A stretch of 64,000 nucleotides of DNA from Actinomycetota bacterium (GTDB taxonomy: Bacteria; Actinomycetota; UBA4738), in assembly GCA_036505215.1 (NCBI GenBank), contig DASXTW010000046.1, forward strand, positions 8,471-72,470. Reading direction: 5' to 3'. Position 1 is the first letter of the stretch; each line of letters opens with the position of its first letter. This document shows positions 36,299 to 44,887 of this stretch, in pieces. The notes under the pieces are model-generated. The model saw only the letters and a program-made list of their open reading frames with translations. It did no database searches and had not been told where the DNA came from. Position numbers and translations under genes: made by a program.

Positions 36299-37921
36299 AT
36301 GAGCCTGGAGTTCGTGGAGGAGCTCTTCACCGGGGAGGAGCGGGCGATCCTCGCTCCTCACTTCACCAACCTGGACGGACCGGTCTTCGCGCTGGTCGAC
36401 CTGCCCGAGGTGGTCAAGGGTGCGCTGTTCGCCCGGTACTCCCGCTCAGCGAAATCGCTGCGACGCCTGTACCTGGACGAGTTCGCCCAGGGTGGGACCC
36501 CTCGCGGCTCCTCTTCCGTGGAAACCGTCGGGGTGGAGCGCGCCGAGAAGCTGTATGAGCGCGTGTTCTTCGAGTACGGGGACGACTCGGTCGCCCAGCT
36601 GGGAGGCGTCCACCTCGCGTGCGAGCAGGCTTCCCAGCTCCTGGCCAAGGTGCTCGAGTGGGGACGGCTCGCCGCCTACCTCGAGCAGTCCACGCGGTAC
36701 GTGCCGTACGACGACCGCCCAGGCGGCCGGTGGCGGTATCTCGTTCCGGACGAGGTCCTGGCGGCAGGCCCCGAGTTGGCCGAACGATACCAGGCCGGTC
36801 TGGACCGGGCCTTCGAGACCTACGCCCGATGGCTTGGACCCCTCCAGGAGTTCTTCCGCGACCTCTACCCCCAGAGTCCCGAGGACTCGGACTTCGTCTA
36901 CAGGATGACGATCAGAGCGAAGGCGTGCGACACGCTGCGAGCGCTCCTGCCCGCCGCCACTCGTTCCAACGTCGGCATCTTCGCCACGGCCCAGGCGTAC
37001 GAGCAGCTCATCCTGCGCCTACGGGCGGATCCACTCGCGGAAGTCCGAGAATACGCCGACCTCGTTCTCGTCGAGCTTCGGAAGGTCATCCCAGCCTTCC
37101 TGACCCGGGTCGACCTTCCCGACCGGGGCGGCCGATGGAGCGAGCACCTGCGGCGCACTCGGGAGGACACGGCTGCGGTGGCCGGTGAGCTGCTCTCGGG
37201 CGTCGTCCCCGAGACTCGCGGCGAGGTGACGCTGGTCGACTTCGATCCGGACGGCGAGATCAAGGTGGTCGCTGCCGCCCTGTACGCGGTGAGCGAGCTT
37301 CCGGACGATCAACTGTTGGACGAGGCTCGCAAGATGAGCACCGAGGAGCGAACCCGGGTCCTGCGGGCATACGTGGGAGAGCGACTGAACCGGCGGCACA
37401 GGCCCGGACGAGCCTTCGAGCGCACGTCGTACCGATTCGACGTGCTCTGTGACTACGGGGCCTTCCGAGATCTGCAGCGCCACCGCCTCCTGACACTGGA
37501 GTGGCAGCCGCTCTCTCCGGCTCATGGGTTCGAAGTCCCGCCTGAGATCGAGGCCGCGGGCGCGCTCTCGGACTGGAGCGCCGTGTTGGAGGATTCAGCC
37601 GCTCTGTACGAAAGGATGAGGGAGGCAGGACTGGGGCCAGCCGCTCAGTATGCCGTCTCCATGGCCTACCGCATCCGCTTCTACATGGACATGAACGCCC
37701 GCGAGGCCATGCACCTGATCGAGCTACGGACCACTCCCCAGGGTCACCCGGTGTACAGGCGGGTGTGCCAGCAGATGCACCGGCTGATCGGCGAGGAGGC
37801 CGGACACCGAGCCATCGCCGAGGCCATGCGCTTCGTCGACCACAGTCGGGTGGAACTGGAGCGACTGGAGGCCGAGCGGAGGACCGAGGCGAAGCGCCGC
37901 GCGGTCAGCCAGGACAACTAG
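36299..37921 (+). CDS. ThyX-like (flavin-dependent thymidylate synthase family) protein with tandem duplicated Thy1 domains, motifs degenerate
   Basis: N half carries FARYSRS (compare ARxCxxS) and EWGRLAAYLEQSTRYV (compare RHRxxSxxQxSQRYV). C half carries QRHRLLTLEWQPLS. The similarity assessment is by eye only. Confidence 0.5.
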   Translation: MSLEFVEELFTGEERAILAPHFTNLDGPVFALVDLPEVVKGALFARYSRSAKSLRRLYLDEFAQGGTPRGSSSVETVGVERAEKLYERVFFEYGDDSVAQLGGVHLACEQASQLLAKVLEWGRLAAYLEQSTRYVPYDDRPGGRWRYLVPDEVLAAGPELAERYQAGLDRAFETYARWLGPLQEFFRDLYPQSPEDSDFVYRMTIRAKACDTLRALLPAATRSNVGIFATAQAYEQLILRLRADPLAEVREYADLVLVELRKVIPAFLTRVDLPDRGGRWSEHLRRTREDTAAVAGELLSGVVPETRGEVTLVDFDPDGEIKVVAAALYAVSELPDDQLLDEARKMSTEERTRVLRAYVGERLNRRHRPGRAFERTSYRFDVLCDYGAFRDLQRHRLLTLEWQPLSPAHGFEVPPEIEAAGALSDWSAVLEDSAALYERMREAGLGPAAQYAVSMAYRIRFYMDMNAREAMHLIELRTTPQGHPVYRRVCQQMHRLIGEEAGHRAIAEAMRFVDHSRVELERLEAERRTEAKRRAVSQDN

Positions 37922-37928
37922 GCAAGGC

Positions 37929-38435
37929 TTAGGCGGACGCCGGTTCGGCCATCTCCAGGGAGGGAGCCGAGCAACGATGCTCTTCCCAGCGGCCGTTTCC
38001 CTCCAAGACCTTCCGGAGGGCGGCCCGAAGGTCATCGACGTCGGAGTCCGAGAGGTGGCTCGAGAAATACTCCTCCACACCCTGGAGGAACGCGGGAGTG
38101 GCCCGCTGGAGGGTCTCGCGCCCCTTGGCCGTGATGATGGCGTAGGTGACGCGCCGATCGGTTGGACAGGCCCCCCGGGTCACCAGGCCGGCCCCTTCCA
38201 TTCGGTCGATCAGACGGGTCACACCGCTCTTGCTGAGCATGACGAGCCCGGCAAGGTCGAGCATCCGGAGTCTTCCTTCGGGCTCGGCAGCCAGCCGCGA
38301 GAGGACCTCGTGCCAGGCCAGCGGGATACCTCCCTCCCGTTCCAGCTTCCGCTCCAGCGCGTCCACCACCGCCGCGTGGGCCTGGAGCAACGTGATCCAG
38401 GCGCTCAGTTTCTCGGAGTCGGTGTTTCGTCCCAT
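37929..38435 (-). CDS. MarR-family transcriptional regulator
   Basis: 168 aa. Winged-helix MarR core (LAWHEVLSRLAAEP...LDLAGLVMLSKSGVTRLIDRMEGAGLVTR...DRRVTYAIIT). Confidence 0.8.
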   Translation of the reverse strand: MGRNTDSEKLSAWITLLQAHAAVVDALERKLEREGGIPLAWHEVLSRLAAEPEGRLRMLDLAGLVMLSKSGVTRLIDRMEGAGLVTRGACPTDRRVTYAIITAKGRETLQRATPAFLQGVEEYFSSHLSDSDVDDLRAALRKVLEGNGRWEEHRCSAPSLEMAEPASA

Positions 38436-38461
38436 TTCTTGAAGAAAGATACAGGGGAAAG

Positions 38462-38504
38462 GTTGACAGCGCAACCATCCTCGGGATAAAGTTGCGCCCT
38501 CAAC
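38462..38504. promoter_or_regulatory. Imperfect 14-bp inverted repeat (candidate MarR operator) overlapping a TTGACA-17-GATAAA promoter
   Basis: GTTGACAGCGCAAC ..15 nt.. GTTGCGCCCTCAAC, with 11/14 complementary. -35 TTGACA at 38463-68 and -10 around 38485-91, oriented toward yceI and mmpL. Confidence 0.5.
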
Positions 38505-38558
38505 GGTTGTGGCAGGAACGAGCGGGCCCGAGCAGGGCCTGGAGGAGAGGAGGGCGCT

Positions 38559-39176
38559 ATGCCCGACGGAACGGCCACAGAAGACACGGCGCTCAAGGAC
38601 ACGGCCACCAGGACGGTCGGAGGGATCGAGATCCCGGCTCCCGGCGACTGGGTCATCGATCCGGCCCACTCGAGCGTCAGCTTCGTGGCGCGGCACATGA
38701 TGGTGTCCAAGGTCCGGGGTCACTTCGGGGAGTTCTCGGGAACGATCCACGTCGCCGAAGAAACCGAGCGCTCGTGGGCAGAGATCACGATCAAGGCTGC
38801 CAGCATCGACACGGGCACCGAGACCCGCGACACCCACCTCAAGTCGGGGGACTTCCTCGACGTCGAGCGCTTCCCCGAGCTCACGTTCCGCAGCCTCCGG
38901 ATCGAGCCGGGAAAGGGCCCGAATTTCCGGGCGCACGGACAGCTCACCATCCGGGACGTTACCCGGCCGGTCGTGCTCGATGTCGAATACGAGGGGGCCA
39001 TCCCCGACACTCGCGGGGGGACCCGCGTGGCGTTCTCGGCGACCACGGAGATGGACCGCGAAGAGTTCGGCATCACCTGGAACATGGCCCTGGAGACCGG
39101 CGGAGTGCTGGTGGGACGCAAGGTGAAGATCGAGCTCGAGGTCGCTGCGATTCAGGCGGCCGAGCAGCCAGCCTGA
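38559..39176 (+). CDS. YceI-family (polyisoprenoid-binding) protein
   Basis: YceI-like lipocalin-fold motifs (DPAHSSVSFVARHMMVSKVRGHF...GDLTIRDVTRPV). Confidence 0.85.
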   Translation: MPDGTATEDTALKDTATRTVGGIEIPAPGDWVIDPAHSSVSFVARHMMVSKVRGHFGEFSGTIHVAEETERSWAEITIKAASIDTGTETRDTHLKSGDFLDVERFPELTFRSLRIEPGKGPNFRAHGQLTIRDVTRPVVLDVEYEGAIPDTRGGTRVAFSATTEMDREEFGITWNMALETGGVLVGRKVKIELEVAAIQAAEQPA

Positions 39177-39207
39177 CGATTCGCGGCCTCAAGTCCTGAG
39201 AGTGAAT

Positions 39208-39234
39208 CCCGGAGCGGGCCCACCCGGCTCCGGG
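39208..39234 (+). terminator. GC-rich hairpin downstream of yceI (8-bp stem cccggagc/gctccggg)
   Basis: Perfect 8-bp stem with an 11-nt loop, 32 nt after the yceI stop. No U-tract. Confidence 0.35.
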
Positions 39235-39335
39235 AACGACCGAATCAAGCGACGTGTCAGATCGGCATCGGGCCGGTAGAGTCGGTGGCTTGCCCAGGAT
39301 GGGGTCCTGGCCTGCGCAACAAGGGGGAGGCTCTC

Positions 39336-41543
39336 ATGCTCGAACGACTTGCCCGGTGGAGCTACAAGCATCGCTGGCAGATGCTGGGGATCTGGATCGT
39401 CGCGCTGGTGGCGATCATTGCCCTTGGCAGCAGCGCCGGCGGCGACTACTCGAACAACTTCTCCTTGCCCGGAGCGGAATCGCAGAAGGCCCTGGACCTG
39501 CTCAAGGCACGGTTCCCGGCACGATCCGGCGACACCGCCGACATCGTCTTTCGGGCCGACGCGGGAGCGAACGACCCCCGCGTCCGGACCCAGATGCAAG
39601 GACTGTTCGCCCAGATCTCGAGCCTCGAGCACGTCGACCAGATCGAGAGCCCGTACGGAGCGAACGGCGCCTCGCGGATATCCCGCGACGGCAAGATCGC
39701 CTTCGCCACGATCCAGTTCGACGTGGCCGCAGCCGACGTCGGGAAGGCCGAGGTCGACAGGATCCTGGAGCTCGGTGAACAGGCCGACGGACCTGGACTA
39801 CGGATCGAGTTCGGTGGGAGCGTCATCCAGTTCGCCCAGTTCGAGCCGCCTGGCGGAGCGGAGGCGGTCGGCCTGCTGGCCGCCGTGATCATCCTGTTGA
39901 TCACGTTCGGCTCTCTGCTGGCCATGGGACTGCCCGTCATGACCGCGCTCTTCGGCATCGGCATCAGCCTCGGCCTCGTGCTGTTGTTCGCCAACTTCAT
40001 GAACGTGCCGAACTTCACGCCCCAGCTCGCCTCGATGATCGGCATCGGCGTGGGCGTGGACTACGCACTGTTCATCGTGACCCGCTACCGGCAAGGGCTG
40101 CAGGAGGGGCTCTCTCCCGAAGAGGCGACGGTACTGTCGATCTCCACCGCCGGCAGAGCGGTGCTGTTCGCCGGCACCACCGTGGTGATCTCCCTCCTCG
40201 GCATCCTGCTGATGGGGTTCTCTTTCGTGCAGGGGATCGCGGTGGGTGGGGCGGCCGCCGTGCTCGTCACCATGCTCGCCTCCGTCACCCTGCTGCCCGG
40301 CGTGCTCGGATTCGTCGGGCGGAACATCGACAAGCTGCACATCCCCCGGCTGCGCCGGACCGAGAACGCGTCGCGTGGATCCTTCTGGTTCCGATGGAGC
40401 CGGGTGATCCAGCGCCGGCCGGGCACGGCTCTCGTTGCTGGCCTCATCGTGCTCGGCTTCCTGATCGTGCCGTTCTTCAAGCTACGTCTGGGGGTGGCCG
40501 ACGCGGGCAACGACCCCACCTCGCGCACTACGCGCCGGGCCTACGACCTCCTGTCGCGGGGATTCGGACCCGGGTTCAACGGCCCGATGCTTCTGGTGGC
40601 CGAGCTGCCCAACGGGACCTCTTCCGACGCTCTGGGCAACCTCAGCCAGGTTCTGTCCAGGACCGATGGAGTGGCCGCCGTGTCGCCGCCCATCGCCAAT
40701 CGGCAGGGCAACACCGCCATCATCACCCTGTACCCGACCACGGCTCCTCAGGATGCCCAGACTGACCAGCTCGTTGATCGCCTCAGGGACAGCGTCATTC
40801 CGCAAAGCATGAGCGGGACCGGAATCCCGGTTCTGGTGGGCGGACTGTCACCGACCTTCGCCGACTTCGCCCAGAAGATCGGCGACCGCTTGCCCGTATT
40901 GATCGGGGTCGTCCTGGCCCTGTCTTTCCTCCTCCTCATGCTCGTGTTCCGATCCCTGGTGGTCCCGCTCAAGGCGGTGATCATGAACCTGCTCTCGATC
41001 GGCGCCGCCTACGGCGTGATCGTGGCCATCTTCCAGTGGGGTTGGCTGAAGGGAGTCGTAGGCATCGGGAAGGCCGGGCCCATCGAGGCCTGGGCGCCGA
41101 TGATGCTGTTCACCATCCTGTTCGGCCTGTCCATGGACTACGAGATCTTCCTTCTCTCTCGGGTCCGCGAGGACTACCTGGTGAACGGACGGCAGAACGG
41201 GCTGGCCGTCGCCAACGGCGTGGCCGCGACGGGCAGGGTGATCACTGCCGCCGCGGCAATCATGGTTGCGGTGTTCCTGTCCTTCGTTCTGGGATTCCCC
41301 GACCGGGCCATCAAGCTCTTCGGCCTGGGTCTGGCCGTTGCGATCTTCGTTGACGCGACTCTCGTGCGGATGGTGCTCGTCCCAGCCACCATGGAACTGC
41401 TGGGGGACGTCAACTGGTGGCTCCCCAGGGCGCTCTCCCGCCTGCTTCCCCGGATCAGCGTGGAACGCGAGGCCGGGCCCGTTGTGGAGGCAGAGCTGGC
41501 GCTGTTCGACCAGCAGGTGGAGCCGGAACGGACGGGTGAATGA
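39336..41543 (+). CDS. MMPL-family RND transporter
   Basis: 12-TM MMPL architecture with two extracytoplasmic loops. RBS agggggagg upstream of the ATG. Confidence 0.9.
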   Translation: MLERLARWSYKHRWQMLGIWIVALVAIIALGSSAGGDYSNNFSLPGAESQKALDLLKARFPARSGDTADIVFRADAGANDPRVRTQMQGLFAQISSLEHVDQIESPYGANGASRISRDGKIAFATIQFDVAAADVGKAEVDRILELGEQADGPGLRIEFGGSVIQFAQFEPPGGAEAVGLLAAVIILLITFGSLLAMGLPVMTALFGIGISLGLVLLFANFMNVPNFTPQLASMIGIGVGVDYALFIVTRYRQGLQEGLSPEEATVLSISTAGRAVLFAGTTVVISLLGILLMGFSFVQGIAVGGAAAVLVTMLASVTLLPGVLGFVGRNIDKLHIPRLRRTENASRGSFWFRWSRVIQRRPGTALVAGLIVLGFLIVPFFKLRLGVADAGNDPTSRTTRRAYDLLSRGFGPGFNGPMLLVAELPNGTSSDALGNLSQVLSRTDGVAAVSPPIANRQGNTAIITLYPTTAPQDAQTDQLVDRLRDSVIPQSMSGTGIPVLVGGLSPTFADFAQKIGDRLPVLIGVVLALSFLLLMLVFRSLVVPLKAVIMNLLSIGAAYGVIVAIFQWGWLKGVVGIGKAGPIEAWAPMMLFTILFGLSMDYEIFLLSRVREDYLVNGRQNGLAVANGVAATGRVITAAAAIMVAVFLSFVLGFPDRAIKLFGLGLAVAIFVDATLVRMVLVPATMELLGDVNWWLPRALSRLLPRISVEREAGPVVEAELALFDQQVEPERTGE

Positions 41544-41808
41544 CGGCGGAACGTCGGTGCACCCGCTGCTGATCCTGGCCTTCGACCGCGAGGCGGCGAT
41601 CATCTCGGCACTGCTCGCGCTGATAGTCTCAGGCGTGGTCGTGTCCGTTGGCGCCTGGATCCTCCTGCGTCGTGAGCGCCGGCACGGAGTTGCCCCAGAC
41701 GACCGCAAGGGCGGCGCGTAGCCCGCCGGGGGCCCCCCGCGATCGAGCCGAAGGCGAGCGAGCGGGGGTGGCGGCGTCAACAGCCGCCGTGTCGTCCACG
41801 CGCGCGGG

Positions 41809-43557
41809 TCACGATCCGGAGGACGCCCTCTCCTTCTCCTCTTCCTGGAGGACGCGCCTGAGAACCTTTCCCACCAGCGTCTCTGGGAGTGACTCCCTGA
41901 ACTCGATCAGCTTGGGCACCTTGTAGCCGGTGAGCCCGGACTCGGCGTTGCGGCACCACTCGAGGATCTCTTCCGGTGTGGCCGTCTGGCCTTCGCGCAA
42001 CACGATGTATGCCTTCACCGCTTCGCCCGTGGTCTCATCCGGAATGCCTGCCACACAGACCTTCAGCACCTTTGGGTGCCTGTAGATCACTTGCTCGATG
42101 TCGGTGGGATACACGTTGAACCCGGACACCAGGATCATGTCCTTCTTGCGGTCAACGATGTAGAAGTAGCCTTCCTCGTCCATCTTCGCGATGTCGCCCG
42201 AGAGCAACCACCTGGTGCCATCCTCGGCTTCCTTGATCATGCCGGCAGTCTCGTCGGGCCTGTTGAAGTACCCCTTCATGATCTGGGGGCCCGAGATGAC
42301 CAGCTCGCCCACCTGGCCGGGCGGAACCTCCTTGCTCCAGTCCTCCAGCTCGACGATCCTGCACTCCGTGTCGGGAATGGGGAGGCCGATCGAGCCCGGC
42401 CTGGCCCGCCCGTCGAGGGGATTGGCGTGGGTGACAGGCGAAGTCTCCGTCAGTCCGTAACCCTCCACCACGGTCGCCCCAGTGATGCCGTGGAACTTCT
42501 CCGCCACCGCCAGCGGTAACGGCGCCGCCCCGGAGAGGCACGCTCGGACCGACTTGAGATCATAGTTGGGGGTCTCCTTGCCCTCGTTGATGGCGATGTA
42601 CAGGCGGGGCACGCCGGGGAAGAGCGTCGGCTTCTCCTTCTGGAGGACCTTGAGCGTGGGCTCCAGCTCGAACCTCGGCATGAGCACGAGCTTCGCCGCC
42701 TTGTAGATGCCGAGATTCATGGCAACGGTCATCCCATAGGCATGGAAGAACGGGATGATGCACATGATGGCCTCCCGGCCATCACGGAGGTCCGGGAACC
42801 ACGCGGCGGACTGCATCACGTTGGACACCAGGTTGGCGTGCGTGAGCATGGCCCCTTTCGACAACCCGGTCGTTCCACCGGTGTAGATCAGCCCCGCGAG
42901 GTCGGTCGTGGGATCGACGTCGGCCACGGGGGTGGCCGGGTATGAGCCCGTCATGAGCTCGTTCCACCACCGGACCTTGGCCCCCGGCGGCACGGGCGGC
43001 CACGGTTCGCCGTGGTGGCGAGCCTCCTTCTTCAGCTTCAGGGGGACCAACAGATTCAGGGGGAAGCGAACGTAATCGGTGACCTTGGTGACCAGGACCT
43101 CTCGCAAGCCCACCTCGTCCTGGACCTCGGCCACCTTCGGGTAGAGCTGGTCGAGCGTGATGCAGACCTCGATCCCGGCATCCTTGAGCTGATGGGAGAG
43201 CTCCCGCTCGGTGTAGAGGGGGTTGTTCCCCACCACGACGGCGCCGATCCGAAGCGTGGCGTAGTAGCCGATCACGTACTGAGGGCAGTTCGGCAGGACC
43301 AGGCCTACCCGGTCCCCTCGCTGGACACCCAGGGACACCAGCACCCGGCTGAATTGGTCAACCTGCTTTACCAATTGTGAGTATGAGAGCGTCTTTCCCA
43401 TCGGAGCGCCGGGTAGCCAGAAGGCCAGAGCGGGGGCATGGGGGTACCGGGCAGCAGCATCGGCCAGCAGCGAATACAGCGACTTCTCCGGATAGGGAGC
43501 CAGCGACTTCGGAACGCCCTCTGGGTAGCTGGCCAACCAGGGGTGGTGATCCATCAT
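41809..43557 (-). CDS. fadD: Long-chain fatty-acid--CoA ligase (AMP-dependent synthetase)
   Basis: AMP-binding motifs (YTGGTTGLSKG, GYGLTE, EAGE...GD, KVPK). Confidence 0.85.
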   Translation of the reverse strand: MMDHHPWLASYPEGVPKSLAPYPEKSLYSLLADAAARYPHAPALAFWLPGAPMGKTLSYSQLVKQVDQFSRVLVSLGVQRGDRVGLVLPNCPQYVIGYYATLRIGAVVVGNNPLYTERELSHQLKDAGIEVCITLDQLYPKVAEVQDEVGLREVLVTKVTDYVRFPLNLLVPLKLKKEARHHGEPWPPVPPGAKVRWWNELMTGSYPATPVADVDPTTDLAGLIYTGGTTGLSKGAMLTHANLVSNVMQSAAWFPDLRDGREAIMCIIPFFHAYGMTVAMNLGIYKAAKLVLMPRFELEPTLKVLQKEKPTLFPGVPRLYIAINEGKETPNYDLKSVRACLSGAAPLPLAVAEKFHGITGATVVEGYGLTETSPVTHANPLDGRARPGSIGLPIPDTECRIVELEDWSKEVPPGQVGELVISGPQIMKGYFNRPDETAGMIKEAEDGTRWLLSGDIAKMDEEGYFYIVDRKKDMILVSGFNVYPTDIEQVIYRHPKVLKVCVAGIPDETTGEAVKAYIVLREGQTATPEEILEWCRNAESGLTGYKVPKLIEFRESLPETLVGKVLRRVLQEEEKERASSGS

Positions 43558-43729
43558 GCGCTCCTCGACTCAGGGTGGGGCAATTATGTCGGACCGATGC
43601 CCGGAGTAGCCAGGCCCGATCGACGACCCAGTGAGGACCGCGACCGAGATAACCTCGGGCGACGGGCGGGCGACTATTCAGCAAGGAGTGGCTTCGGAGC
43701 ACGGCGTGGTGAAGGCGGGTGCCCGACAT

Positions 43730-44845
43730 ATGGATGGGAGCGATCCCGAGCTTGTCTTGGCGGCCCTGCGGGGCGACCGAGAGGCGTTCGGCCGGCTGAT
43801 CGCACGCCACAGGCCGCTCTTGGTGGCGGTCTGCCGCAGGGTCCTGGGCGGGGACGGACTGGCGGAGGACGTCAGCCAGGAAGCAGTGCTCCAGGCGATG
43901 CTCAGCCTTGACCGTCTCCGCCGCCCCGAGCGGTTCGGGCAGTGGCTTGCCGGGATCGGCCTGAACGTCTCCCGACGGCGGCTGCGGGAGAGAGCGGCGG
44001 CCTCGTGGGCGTGGGAAGCAGTCCAGGGCGGCCGATCAGCGCCAGCCCGAATCACGGCGGAGCCGTCGCCAGAGGAGCTCTCCGAAACTGCCGAGATCGC
44101 CGCGAGGGTGCGTCAGGCAGTGAGGGAGCTGCCAGTCGGGCAGCGACGTGCGGTCGTCCTGTACTACCTGGCCGGGATGACTCAACAGGAGGTCGCCGCC
44201 TCACTCGGCATTCGGGTTGAGGCAGTGAAGGGGCGGCTGCACAAGGCCCGGACAAGGCTCAGGGAACTGCTGCGGTCGATATGGGAGGAGGAAGCGATGG
44301 AATCAGATGGCGCTGAGTGGATCGACATGAAGGTCTCTGACGTTCGCCGGGCCCCTGCAGAGGGGGAGGCCCGCGAGCGCTTCGTCGTCCTGCTGGAAGA
44401 ACCGGACGCCGATCGAGGGCTCCCGATCTGGGTGGGGCAACACGAAGGCACCGCGATCGCCATGCTCCTGGAACGGACCGAGATGCCACGGCCCATGACC
44501 TTCCGCTTCCTGTTGAGCATGCTCGAGGCGGCTGGCTCCCGGCTGGATGAGGTCCGGATCAACCGCCTATCTGAAGGGACGTTCTACGCCGAAGCCGTGC
44601 TCGAAGGCGCCCAGGGACGGGCAATCGTCGATGCCCGACCCAGCGATGCTCTTGCTCTTTCGCTCTTGGCCGGCGCTCCGATCCGGGTGAGCCAGGAGGT
44701 CCTCGAGGAGGTCGAGAGGGACGGGTCCGGGTCACGCAGCCGCTTCGATGCCGAGCGGGAACGCTACGCGGACGGCGCTGAGGAGATCGTTCGGCGCACC
44801 CGACGAGAGTGGGAGATCCAGCTCGAACAGCTTCGTTCCAGGTGA
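43730..44845 (+). CDS. ECF-type sigma-70 factor fused to a C-terminal BFN/DUF151 (bifunctional nuclease) domain
   Basis: Sigma2 (DVSQEAVLQAM...) and sigma4 (VLYYLAGMTQQEVAASLGI) regions, a linker, then PIWVGQHEGTAIA, PRPMT, EVRINRLSEGTFYAEAV and ARPSDALALSL, which match the DUF151/BFN fold. One continuous 372-aa ORF. Confidence 0.8.
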   Translation: MDGSDPELVLAALRGDREAFGRLIARHRPLLVAVCRRVLGGDGLAEDVSQEAVLQAMLSLDRLRRPERFGQWLAGIGLNVSRRRLRERAAASWAWEAVQGGRSAPARITAEPSPEELSETAEIAARVRQAVRELPVGQRRAVVLYYLAGMTQQEVAASLGIRVEAVKGRLHKARTRLRELLRSIWEEEAMESDGAEWIDMKVSDVRRAPAEGEARERFVVLLEEPDADRGLPIWVGQHEGTAIAMLLERTEMPRPMTFRFLLSMLEAAGSRLDEVRINRLSEGTFYAEAVLEGAQGRAIVDARPSDALALSLLAGAPIRVSQEVLEEVERDGSGSRSRFDAERERYADGAEEIVRRTRREWEIQLEQLRSR

Positions 44846-44887
44846 CCCAGCTGAGGAGGCCCCTACACAGGCCACGGGGGGCGCGGC

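Noticed and set aside
38436-38936. N-terminal extension of the MarR ORF to 335 aa
   Set aside because: The extension is antisense to the well-supported yceI gene and is not protein-like. MarR proper is 168 aa, starting at MGRNTD.
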